The position numbers were made by a program, and so were the translations under genes. Under the pieces are notes generated by a model. The model was not told the origin of the DNA, did not search any database, and saw only the letters and a list, made by a program, of their open reading frames with translations. A stretch of DNA of 64,000 nt. Origin: Patescibacteria group bacterium. Its GTDB lineage: Bacteria; Patescibacteriota; Gracilibacteria; BD1-5; UBA2023. Every line of letters starts with the position of its first letter. Position 1 is the stretch's first letter. The DNA lies in NCBI GenBank assembly GCA_049293675.1, contig JBAQBR010000001.1:38273-102272 (forward strand). The letters are read 5' to 3'. This document shows positions 23,128 to 34,768 of this stretch, one piece after another.

Positions 23128-25104
23128 TTATTCCTTGAGTCTAAATTGGAAGTTATCTTCTACGAATCGTCACTTGAGAGCCGAGAGACAACGAACAGTG
23201 TTATTGTGCCAATTGGAGTTCGAAGAGGCATAGATAGCACCGTCAGGATTCCCCCAACGAGAGAGCTCTGAGAGCTTGGTATACTTACCAAGGAATCGAT
23301 TATTAAATGTTGCTGTCATCCAATAGAGTCACTCCTGTGGAGATGTAAATGAATAAGTGCTACCACTATCCGTATTGCCAATATTGCCAATATTGTATGC
23401 TGTCTTGAGACGATTACCAAGAGTTGTCTCAGCAAGACCAATACACATCATGAAGCTTGGATCAACACCTCCTTCAAGGGCCGTATCCACCCACATATCC
23501 CAAGACTGAAAGTCTGGTGTTGCGTAAGTCTTCAGGAGGAACTGTTGGCGATCCTTCTCTGTCTCACCGCGGATGATGAACTTGCGCTCATACTTGGAGA
23601 GGTCAGCACCTGTGCCAGAACCAGCGATGAAGTCATTGATGAACTTATCCTGATATCGTGTTGGCATATTCTCATAGTCGATACCAGAGATATCCATGAA
23701 ACGAAGTGGATCTACTGCTTCCTTGTTCTTCCAGACTTCGTAATGCAGATGTGGCCCAGATGTCATCGGACCTGCACCTGGAGTTCCTACTGCGCCTCCA
23801 CTTCGGGCTATGAGGTCACCTGCCTTCACAAACTGTCACTCTGTCACAAGCGTCTCGGAGAGATGTCCATAGACCGTCATAAATCCATCACGGTGCTTGA
23901 TTGCCATGTATGAGTATCCCCCCGGAGATGGTGGTAGGAGATAGTAGACATACCCTGGAGCTGGTGCACGTACATCACTTCCTTGTCCCACAGCGATATC
24001 TATGGCATCATGATGCGATCCAACATAGTTATAGTATTCTCCATCCCGGAAGAATGCGCTAATACGTCGACCCTCCACTGGCCACATGAATATATTTTCA
24101 CTCCCACTTGCAAACTCCGTCTTCTTGAGTTCACGCTCATTGGCAAAGTATGTAGTAATATTTTCACACTTCTTTAGGAGTTCATCAGTTTTCTTTTTTT
24201 TCTCACATCCAGCTTCTCCTAATACGGCTGCAAGTCACTTCTGATATCTATCTTCTGCCTTTTTCCATGAATCTTCGACTGAGGCAAGTGCGAGTTCCTG
24301 TGCCTCGATATACTGTGCGTAGAGTTCCTCTTGTCACTTGGTAACCTCAATCAGACGAACACGTTCACCACGCTGAGACTCGAGAAGTGCCTTTTGGAGT
24401 TCGAGTTCTTTTTTGAGTACAACTATCTGTGCACGTTCTTCCTCAACCTGCACTCGGAGGATATAATAATCTTTTTTGAGTGCACGATACTCATCGACGA
24501 ACTTCTGACCAAGGAGCGTCACGAGAGACTTGTATGTCATATCTGAGAGAGCCTCATCTGTATCACCATCAGAGAGGATCAATCACTTGATGATATCTAC
24601 TTCCCCTTCAGTATCGAGAACCATATTACCCTCAGCATAGATATTCGAGAGATATGAGAGGATGGTCTGACGATAGACATATATCTTCTTCGATGTATCT
24701 ACCAGCATCTGTGAGAGCTCTTGAGATCGGAGATCTTTTTGCTTGATACGAACATTCATGATTTTGATAGATGACTCACTCTGCTCGATAGTGGCATCCA
24801 GGATTCCAAGAGCTTCTTCGAGAGTATTACGACGCTCTGTAACTTCAGTTTTTTTGATCATGTACGCTCCCTGCACGAGAGAGAGACGCGCCTTGAGTCA
24901 CTCGAGTCAATTCATCGCATATTCATTCTGGAGGATTATCTCAGCACCAGAGTCACTAAATGGGAGAGATTCAAAAAGTATCTCACTCTGTTGTTCCTTG
25001 AATCTATCAATGATACGACCTGACGTTGTTGGATCAAGCGCCATTCCAAGCGACGGGATGAGTGCAACTGCGAGGATGATGGATGTACGCTTAAGGTATT
25101 TCAT
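23128..25104 (-). CDS. Secreted coiled-coil M23 peptidase with extra C-terminal glucosaminidase-like domain (658 aa)
   Basis: Five track fragments (23329..23829 through 24907..25104) share one frame, and the gaps were checked. Signal MKYLKRTSIILAVALIPSLGMA. About 250 aa of EnvC-like coiled coil. M23 motifs HDAIDIA and GPHLHYEV. The C-terminal segment …MMCIGLAETTLGNRLKTAYNIGNIG…GLYWMTATFNNRF… resembles FlgJ-type muramidase/glucosaminidase domains. Confidence 0.8.
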
Positions 25105-25192
25105 ACCTCAATGCTATCACATACGATGATAGGATTCCAGTTTTGAGCTATTTTATGAGCAAAAATCCCTTGCAAAAACACAAAATATACCT

Positions 25193-26470
25193 CTACTTCA
25201 TAGAACTAAAAAAACTTTCTTTTTTTCTCTTCCAATCAGGAGTCTGACGACAGAGTCGTGAAACATCTTGTCTCTGTGCGAGGAGCATCTCTATGGCTTC
25301 CTCGAGGAATATCGTATTTTGGCTTCACTTTACATATACCATTGCAGGTTTTGTTTGTTTTTTTGAGAGGAGCTCTTTGATACTTTTTCATGCTTCACGA
25401 GACGAGAGAAAGCTCTCTACCTGGAATTTTGGTCTGAGTATTGGGAGGACATATTGCCTCATATATGGTCCAACTAAGAAAAAGTATACATCACCCGTAT
25501 TGTGAGGAATCATTGAGATTATCTCTTCTGCAAGTTTTTGATGAAGGGACTCTGTCTCGATACCGAGTTCGCGCATATCCCCAATGAGGAATATGAGTGT
25601 GTGAGATGAGAGAAAAGAACGCATTGAGGCAATACCGCCGTGGAGTGAGAGATATCCTCCGTTGTAGCTCCCATCGATAATCGTTGAACCACCTATCCCA
25701 TCGAGTATCGCAGAACGACCCGGCTCACTATGAGTATGGAGAGCGTATGGTGCAATCTCATCAAGAGAGAGTCCCCATATCTCAGCAATCCCATAGAGAG
25801 GAAGGAGATTGACAATATGAAAAGCGCCAAAAGCATGCAGAGTGACAGGATAATCCCTTCTCTGAAAGTGCACAATAGCAGATGTACCAGTATGAGTAAT
25901 ATCGATATGTGAAGCGTCTATCTCAGACATAGCGCCAGTGCCATAGTAGAGTGCCTCTCGTTCGATAGAGTCACGAAGCGAGTCATGTATGATGATATCG
26001 CGAGCGCCCTGGATGAGCTTGAGTTTTTCTTTTTTGTAGAGGTCAAAAGTTCCAAACTGTTCGATATGATTCGGTGCTACTTCTGTGATGATGGCGATAT
26101 CAGGTACTGCGATAGAGAGGAGGAAGTCCATCTCGCCTGGATGGTCTATCCCATATTCTAGAACAAGATATCGAGGATACGGGCGGAAGAATTGGGATAT
26201 TGCAACAACAAAAACCCAAAGCCACTTAAATGGATTTTTTCAACCTGTTTTTGCTCAGATAATCGTGAGCGGAAGTCAGTATTCACCATTATAATGATCT
26301 CTCGAATACCCAATCTTCTCATGCGGGAGAACTCGTGAGAGGTACGCATGTACATGGGCTGTGACCGTTGTCTTTCAGACGGTTCCAGTAATTCATACAA
26401 CTTTTGGCTTATGAAAAGAGATGATATTCTTAGCAAAAAATGCTAAGATCGAAAGTATAAGTTTTTGCAT
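25193..26470 (-). CDS. murF: Mur ligase family protein, MurF-like (D-Ala-D-Ala adding enzyme), lacking the usual N-terminal domain
   Basis: Fragment 25388..26131 was extended in frame both ways. P-loop KPKVVGITGTVGKTT begins about 20 aa from the chosen start (ATG 26470; the alternative ATG 26530 adds 20 aa). Central and C-terminal Mur ligase domains are present. C-terminal VYVK-G-SQNTIFLEEAIEML has Gly as TGA at 25325-25327. Ends TAG 25193-25195. Confidence 0.75.
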
Positions 26471-26594
26471 AGTTTTTCGATAATAGAAGATTCCGACGAA
26501 AAATCAAGAAATGGGTGTCCGTTTTCTCATGAATTTGATTTGTGTAATGGCGAAAGTTTTATATAATCAACCTATATTTTTTACTTTTCATACT

Positions 26595-26972
26595 ATGTCT
26601 CAAGTAACTCGGAATGATTTTACATTCACTATCCTCGACGAGATCGAAGCACAATACCACGAACTCGTGGAACTCGTACTCGGAAGTGAGTCTATCGACA
26701 ACAATGAGAAACAATATTGGTTCGACATACTCCCATCTATGACCAATGAACAGATAGATAGACTCTTTAACATCCTCATGACTGAGCGCAAGCAACTCGA
26801 AGAGCTCAATATGAAATACCAAGAAGAGATAAAAACTCTGAATGAGAAGCATCTTATCCAATGGCAGTCACTCCAGACGCAGAAAGCAAAAGAAAAAATC
26901 GCAGAAGCAGAGAAGCAAGATACAGCAAAAGATGAAGCAAAAAATGCACTTGATATGCTGGGTGGAATCTAA
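26595..26972 (+). CDS. Small coiled-coil protein (hypothetical)
   Basis: Internal ATG of track ORF 26511..26972 (MSQVTRNDFTF…), chosen to avoid overlapping the divergent murF start. K/E/Q-rich heptad-like C-terminal half. No TGA. Confidence 0.5.
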   Translation: MSQVTRNDFTFTILDEIEAQYHELVELVLGSESIDNNEKQYWFDILPSMTNEQIDRLFNILMTERKQLEELNMKYQEEIKTLNEKHLIQWQSLQTQKAKEKIAEAEKQDTAKDEAKNALDMLGGI

Positions 26973-27019
26973 TTCCATGATTTTATTCAGAGAAACCCTA
27001 ATATTTTAATATTTTTTCC

Positions 27020-28912
27020 ATGATCCATACTGATATATTTCACCACACATGAGAGAATACAGGAAAAGTTGTACGCTCTCATAAGCTCCAACCAAGCGAG
27101 TGAGTAACCATATTCTGTATACTCACAGGAGAAAAAGAAAGTATTATCAGTGTTCTTGAGGATCACCTCCTTGAGTCTATATCTGGAATGGAGTGGACTA
27201 CGGACTCCATCAATCCTGATTTTACTTTTATCTCTGAGAATTTTAATCATTTTATTCAGAACATAGACGAAGAAGATCGTGCTTCTTTTGCTGTAGTATT
27301 GGCAGTACTCATAGATGACTATCTTGTGTTTTCTCATATTGGAGATACGAGCATACTTTTGGTTGAAAAAGACTGAAGCATCACGAATCTCTCAAACAAC
27401 GACATCACAAAAAAGGAGTTTCAAGCTATATCCACTGGTGAAGTACTCGAAGGTTCTCATATATATCTCTCGAGTTCTCCACTTGAGAATCGGCTCTCAG
27501 ATGACCTTATACGTGATCTCTCATCTCTGAATTCCGTAGAATGGAAGAATATCATCGGTGACGTATTCCGTAAGGAGATACAAGATACGATTCATGTTGC
27601 ACATATCTCCCATGAAGCAAGTAAAAAGGTTGAGTTCTCATGAAAAAGGAGAAAGCAATTAGATATTCTGAGAACAGGGTCTCAAGATATACTTCAGAAG
27701 CTCAATATACCAACATGGACAGCAAGCATACAAGAAAAGATATACAGTGTTTTTTTTAACAAAAAACAAGAAGTAAAATATGCATTTCTTGCTATGGGAG
27801 TGGTTCTTCTCTTCGGACTATTGTATTTCCTTTTTTCTGCACTTTTTTGAGTTGTGAGCTCACCTGAGAGAGACAGTAAAACGAAGCTCATACAAGCCCA
27901 AGAACTCATAGACAATAGTCAGAAGCTTGTAACCAACCCGACTGCATTCAATAAGACAATAGAAGAAGCAGAAAAGATACTCTTTGAACTCAGGGATAAG
28001 CGCGTCTACATGACAGATACCCAGAGCCTCCTTGGACGTATCGAAGCAATGAAAAAAGAAGTCAATGATATACAGACTATTGATATGACCAAGCTCAATG
28101 CTGTTATGTCTTACACTCCTGAACAGATCTCAGCGCTTGGAGTATTCGAGTACAACAAGAAGCTCAATCTCATAGGGACAGACTCGGCAATTCTCTGATA
28201 TACTCGAGGTGAGGCACTTCCACTCAGTAAAGGTTACCCTACAGGAGAAAAGGCAAAAGCCTTTGACTTTACTGAAGATGGAGAATATTTTATCCTTACT
28301 GAGGGGAATCGACTCCTTGGGAAGAGAGGCAATGATATTGCTTATATCACGAATAATGGAAAGAATGAATGGAGTGAATCACACATAATCAGTACTTTTA
28401 ATGGGAATGTCTATCTTGCAGGATCTGGTTGAGAGAGTGTAACTCGCTATAGACCAGGTATCAACGGTTTTTCTCAAGGAACAACCTACATAGACAATCT
28501 CTGATGAAAGATTATAGACATAGCTATTGATGGTGGTATCTATATCCTCCTTCAGGATGGGAAGATTATACGCTATATATGAGGAACAACATCCACAACC
28601 AAGTCTCTGAGCATCAACAAGGTTCCATGAGAGTACAATATTGGAAGTGAGGATGTGACACAAGTGTTTTCTCAACCAAATCTCTCATATACCTATGTTC
28701 TCAGTGGGAGGAATATATGGATATTTAGCCCTGATTCCAAGCGTTTTCAAGACGTAACAGCATGGAACTACGTAGCTCAACTCGAACTCCAGGGTACAGA
28801 AGAAGTTCGTGGCATCAACATACCTCGCGATGGTCTAGTGTACATCACCACGAACAACCATGTATATGAGCTTCCATTTGAAGTTGCTGATGGAAAGATT
28901 ATTTTACGATAA
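27020..28912 (+). CDS. Single-pass membrane protein: N-terminal PP2C-like segment, TM, C-terminal beta-propeller-like domain (630 aa)
   Basis: Fragments 27188..27376, 27854..28198 and 28655..28912 share a frame and the gaps were checked. The first ATG after the upstream TAA is 27020. …FAVVLAVLIDDYLVFSHIGDTSILLVEKD-G weakly resembles the PP2C/SpoIIE core. TM YAFLAMGVVLLFGLLYFLFSALF. Repeated …G.IY.L..DG.I… strands in the C-terminal half. Confidence 0.65.
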
Positions 28913-28924
28913 CTCCCTTATTCA

Positions 28925-29503
28925 TTGTTCAAGACTGAAGGCATCATCCTCTCTATAGATACAGTTCGAGACAATAATACTCGGGTTATTTTTCTCAGCA
29001 AAGAATACGGAAAGATATCATCTTGGTACAAAAAGAAACAATTTCTTCATGATATAGGGGATATTGTATTCATAACTCTTGAGAGACAAGGTGCTATCAA
29101 TACTATCAAATATACAGAGAGTATCATGTCTCCAAGAGAAGAAGCATGGAGTTATGAGAAGATCTCTACATTTCTAGAGAGTCTTGCCCTCATGAATACA
29201 CTCATTCCTGAGATGTCGCCATATATGAATATATTCAAAGACTACAAGGGACTCCTGGCGCATATGCAAGAATCAACGAGCCTCCATACACACCACTACT
29301 TATTGTTCCAGTTTCGAGTATTGAGAACCCTTTGATATATTGGCTCAGAGAGCTTCGAGAGCTCACCTATTCCCCTCTATATATTCAACAACATACTCAA
29401 GACGCCGCTCACGAAACTCCTCTCAGCCAAAACACTGAAAGATGAAGATGCAAAGAAAATAAAACTCGCAAACCGCGAAGCGGTATATAGAAGTATCCTC
29501 TAG
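28925..29503 (+). CDS. RecO-like DNA repair protein (short form)
   Basis: TTG-start ORF 28925..29335 continues through TGA to TAG 29501-29503. N-terminus MFKTEGIILSIDTVRDNNTRVIFLSKEYGKI resembles the RecO OB-fold start. The rest is weakly conserved, so the call is tentative. Confidence 0.45.
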
Positions 29504-29518
29504 AATCTTACACAAAAC

Positions 29519-30499
29519 ATGACACTATACTATTTCATACTTTTCATACTGTGACTTTGCTTTTGAAGTTTTAGTACAGTACTCATATCTCGATGGTATA
29601 GTGGACAAGGTGGCATCATGATGTGACGCAGCGAGTGTCCCCATTGCCAACATATACTTACCGCACGTGAGCTTGTTCCACTATTCTCATGGATATTCCA
29701 GTGAGGCAAGTGTGCCAATTGTCATACCCGTATACCCGCATATTACCCACTCTCTGAGATATTCATGGGATGATTATTTGTCTGGTCATGATGGATATCC
29801 CTCAGATTCGGCTATACCTGGGAAGATATGATGTGGTGGGTATTTTTATTTTGGACATTCGTAACGGCAATCTATGTGATATACGATATTCGGTATATGG
29901 AGATACCCGACCAGATAGTCGTCCCTGGGATTATCATAACACTTGGACTCATTCTTGGTGGACTTATCTCCGAAGAATATAATGTATTTTTTGATTATTC
30001 ATCATATGATACTTTTCATACTTTTCTAACCGATCATATAGCTTCTGCAATATTTCTCTATTCATTCTTTTTTCTTCAGATACTGATACCATGAGCGATA
30101 TTCCTCTACAAACAAAGACTCTACACAAAAATACTTGAACTCATTCTCAGTTATTTTACGTTTCCTATTACCTTAATTATTGATTTTTTCCGAAGGAGAG
30201 AACATAAGGAGGAACAAAAAGACATAGACATAGAAATACCAACCTGGATAGGATGAGGGGATCTTAGGATAGCATTCTTTATAGGACTCACACTCTGAGG
30301 TATACACTCTATCACAACACTTATCTTTGCATATGTAATCGGGAGTATTGTATGAGTCAGTATGCTCATACATGGTAGATTCCACAAGAGACAAAACTCT
30401 CATGAGATTGCTTTTTGACCCTTTCTGGGTATAGGCTGGATTCTTTCTTTGACATTTTATTCAGAGATATTAGATTATGTAAATATATTTTATCTATAG
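29519..30499 (+). CDS. pilD: Prepilin peptidase (A24 family, PilD-like)
   Basis: Translated by hand with 14 TGA. N-terminal Cys motif CPHCQH…CANCHT. Aspartyl-protease motifs …IG-G-GDLRI (Gly as TGA at 30254-30256) and AF-G-PFLGIG. Polytopic. Ends TAG 30497-30499. Confidence 0.85.
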
Positions 30500-30568
30500 T
30501 GTCAATAAAAATATCTCGACTTATCAGAGAAAAAACCTATAATCAGGAGCATCCTTATACACATACTT

Positions 30569-31102
30569 ATGTCTGAAGAAAATAAAATCAAGGCCCTTCG
30601 AGACCTCATAAATACAGCACAATCATCTATCAATAGTGCCAAAAAGATATTGAACTCACTTTTGTGAGAAGAATGAGCTTCCGACGACTTTCCAATGGAT
30701 ACAACGTGACTCTCTCAATACGAGTCAGACGGTCTTCAGATTATCGAGTGAGTATTTACTGGGGAATGAATGCTCTGAACCGATGGAAATATGTATCCAG
30801 TACCTCAGAACTACGCATCAAAATCACTCCTCGTTCAAGGAAGTAAGCTCAAGGCAACTATCGACCAGAGTGGTCGCATCAAGTATAAGATTATTTCTGA
30901 GATACCATTTACTACACTTGTTGGTATCATCACCAAAAATGGAGAAAAATATCAGATAGCCACCGAACATAAAGCCTACAACGTACTCGTTGCTGCAATC
31001 ACATTTCATAAGTGTGAGATTGGCGACACTGTAAGTATCCGTGTTCCCGAGTGAAAAGACGCGACCTATGCAGTCATAGAATCAATTATACCGAAAAAAT
31101 AA
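30569..31102 (+). CDS. Hypothetical cytoplasmic protein (177 aa)
   Basis: ATG 30569 to TAA 31100-31102 with 7 TGA. N-terminal helix, then …MYPVPQNYASKSLLVQGSKLKATIDQSGRIKYK… suggests an OB/S1-like beta segment. No family assigned. Confidence 0.6.
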
Positions 31103-31124
31103 TTCCTTATCTCCCTTTTCTCCT

Positions 31125-32510
31125 ATGCGAAGTACATCATATAACCGTAGCGCACGACCAAGTTCCAATCTCCCATGGTGATGGATTGGTATAGTATGAG
31201 GCATCATTGCACTTCTGATTATCGTAAGGATTTTTTCATCTTCTGACACAGAAGCCTCTGAACAATATCTCAGTGTTACTCCAGGTGAGCAGAGCTCAGT
31301 ATACATATCTATGACGACTTCTAGCAAGAGTCGCATCACTTCAGAACAAAAACTCTTTGCGACGGATAAGTCTGTCTCCGTAGAGCTCGGGAATGCTATG
31401 GCAAAAAATGAGTTCATGACAATAGATATAGATAAAGGTTCTGAACTCGCATACAAATCTAGTACTGCAAGTGGCAACACCATCAATCTCTCAAAAGGTC
31501 GTAGCTGGTTAAGTGATATAACAAAACCCCTTCAGATAGAGCTCAAGAACTACAACGTAACAGCGCCTGTAGGGAGCACTATCCTTATAGAACAAAATGG
31601 TCCATATAGCAATGTATATGTACTGCAAGGTGTAGCTACTATAGAGACCTCTGTTGGCAACAAGGATATATCTGCTGGATCTATGATCTCACTCTTGAAG
31701 TCAGATCTCATCAATCCGAACACAGATCTCTCGGAATGGATACGTCCAATTGAGTGATCTATTCTTGAATATCCACTTTTTGTACGCAACAATGGTGCAT
31801 CTCTCCTTGATCAAGCTGGCATCAGTGTGAACACTTGAACTGGTAGTACCTCCACTGATGGACAATCTGGTTCACTTATAGAGTCAACAGCATCGAACTA
31901 CATAGAGATTACTGAGCCAAAACCCGGCATCATGACACGAACAAACACAATCACTGTTATGGGAAATCTTCTCTCAAAAGAAGTAAAGAAAGTAACTATC
32001 AACAATGTTGAAGCCGTAGTGAGTCCTGTAAATGAAACATTTGTTCTCCAAAATATAAGTGTAACAACTGAGATATTCGACATAGTATACAAGGCATACG
32101 ATGCAAATAATTCCCTTCTCCAGACTGGAGTCATCAGTATTTTCTGAGCAAAATGAGCAACTCAAGGGAATGGACCACTCGTTCCAGAAACTTTCCCAGT
32201 ATCAGCAAAAGATTTTAAGATATTGACTCCATCAGGAAATCCATACAGTACAACTGATAGGATGGTGCGCGTAGAGTGAACAATTCCAGCTAATACAGTA
32301 GACTATATTCTCGTGAATGACTATCGTCTACAGCAATTCAGGGCCAAGTCGAGTAGTTGGTATTATTTTGCAAATATGGACTACGGTACTATGAAAGATG
32401 GACTCAATCTCTATACTATCAAGTTCTATCGTGCAGACAATACTCTCCTCTACTCTCAGCCATTTACCATCATAAAAGAATCAAAAAATGCTACAGTTTC
32501 AGGTGAATAA
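31125..32510 (+). CDS. N-terminally anchored extracytoplasmic protein (461 aa, hypothetical)
   Basis: Fragments 31311..31757, 31932..32147 and 32313..32510 are colinear. Start ATG 31125. TM WGWIGIVGGIIALLIIV. Beta-rich extracellular part. Confidence 0.7.
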
Positions 32511-33135
32511 AAATACATCCGGGAAACGATGAGCAACGATGATCGAACTCATGGCCATGCTTGCTATTGTAGGCCTTGGACTTTGATCTATGTTTTCTGT
32601 GATTACTTCTGGTATATACTTTGCCAAAGACACCGAAGATACTATACGAGCTATCAACTTGGCACGAGAAGGCATAGAGTGAGTTACCAATATCCGTAAT
32701 ACCAATTGGCTACGATTCTCTTCAGATAGACAGAATTGCTGGAATTCAAGTAACTATGATGCCTTTTGTATATGAAACGCTGTCTCATGAGACCGTCTGG
32801 GGGCATGACGATATACGCTCTACACAACCAATGGACTCTGGTATCTCTCATGAAGTACTGTTATAGACCCTGATTCTAACTGGACAGGATATGCAAGTGC
32901 ATATAGAGCCATTCAAGATAATACAAGTTTTTTTAATCAGACTGGATCAGCAACTGTTCCATGCAATACAGCAGTACAGAAAAATTGTGTATCACTTTTT
33001 ACTCGAGAGATCGTACTCACTGTTCCTGCGTATACAGGAACAATCTACGTCAAAAGCATTGTCCGCTGGAACACAAAACAACGGCACAAAGTAGAGCTAG
33101 AAACAACTCTCACTAACTGGAAGTCAAAATTCTAA
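32488..33135 (+). CDS. Type IV pilin / pseudopilin-like protein
   Basis: Class III signal: MLQFQVNKNTSGKR-G|ATMIELMAMLAIVGLG, with Glu at +5 after the predicted cleavage Gly. That Gly is TGA at 32530-32532. Alternative GTG start at 32503. Overlaps the upstream gene end. Four Cys in the globular part. Ends TAA 33133-33135. Confidence 0.7.
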
Positions 33136-33192
33136 ATATTTGCCATAAATAAAATATTATGATAAAGTAGGTTCAATTCCTACTTTTTTTAT

Positions 33193-34704
33193 ATGTTTTA
33201 TTCTCATATCCGACAGCACTGGCTCGAATATGCACTCATGGGTGTATGGCTCTGTAATTGTATCATCGCGAGTGTGATAGCTATTCGTGAGGTCTGGGTG
33301 CCATCTATGAGTGCTGGAGCTGATAGTTACGCACATATCCGTAGTGCTCCTTTTGATGGTACAGTTATGCCTATCACATATATTCCTGACTGGACAAAAA
33401 CCACAAATCAAGATAAGTCAAAGCAATTCGAAGAGATATCTATATCAGACTATATTCCCCTCCCCACCTATGATGCGACAACACTCATCAAGGACCTACA
33501 AAATACAAGTAAAATATCTACAATCCTCCACTATACATATACAGTTCCTTATATGGGGAGTTATAATTTTAACTATAAGGAACATGATGGGAGCCATCTT
33601 GGGATAGATATACGCGCGCCTATAGGTACTCCTGTACTCTCGATTGCCAATGGTGTCGTTGTACGAACTGTTGAGGCAGACTCTACGGGGAACAAGTTCG
33701 TAGTAATCAGACATGACGAGGTACCAGTGAATGGTAAAAAAGTCTCACTCTATTCGGGATACCTCCACCTATCACAGATAACTGCAACAGAGTGAACTCG
33801 TATCAAAAAATGAGAAATGCTTGGACGAGTAGGTATGACAGGAATAACTACAACTCCACATCTTCACTTTCAGATAGATACCGCTGAAGCTCCGTTTCAT
33901 CCATATTGGCCGTTCACAAGTGCTGATTCGCGCAATGCAGGACTTGGATTCTTTGAATCAGTAAATGCAGGACTTGGAAAGGAAAATGCATTAAAGTACA
34001 CTATTCATCCAATGAATTTTATCAATGCAAATCTCGGATGAGCAGTATCACAAAATACCTTCGCAAGTGCACCACAACAGCCTACAACAAGCACCATAAT
34101 CAGTGAGAACATCACTGAAGAACAATCCATCAGAGAAAGAGAGATAATGCTCGGATGATATGTAAGCTCAGGAATCAAGACATGTGAGAAAAAACGATTC
34201 TCTGATGTTGGGGAAAAGACAACACTCGGAAAACTCCTCTATCCCCTCATAGACAATAAGTGTCTCTTCCAAAAGGATGGCAAATTCAACACAAAAGAAT
34301 CTATCACAAGACGTGAGGCAATAATCGCTATCATGGATTATTATGATATTGATCCAGCAAATTGAACAAGTCACTTCCTCGATGTATCTATCAGCGATGA
34401 GCTCCAGTGATATGCTGTAGTACTCTATCGTCGTGGGATTGTTGACGGGAACTATCTCTCTCCAGACAAGATACTGACAAAGGCGGAAGCAATACGCCTC
34501 ATCGTAAAAATAGGTAACATACCGAAGAATCCTGGACAAATTCGTATCTATCCAGATGTAGCAACTATGCATCCAGATTTTAGTTCGATTCAAGATTATG
34601 GATTTGCTACAAGGGTTCGTGGATGACGATTTTATCCTGATATGGTACTCAATCGTGGGACATTCGTACAGATTCTCGCGAGTCTCGCAAAAGTCACAAA
34701 ATAA
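33193..34704 (+). CDS. M23 peptidase fused to three SLH domains
   Basis: Frame checked from 33193 to TAA 34702-34704. N-terminal TM. M23 motifs HLGIDIRAPIGTPV and TTPHLHFQI. Three C-terminal repeats have SLH hallmarks: FSDV…ITRREA, FLDV…GIVDG…LTKAEA, YPDV…FYPDMVLNRGTF. Confidence 0.85.
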
Positions 34705-34768
34705 AGTGGATTTTCTCTCCTGATTCAATACACTGAACTAAAAAATATTCCTTGCCCATGACCGAACT

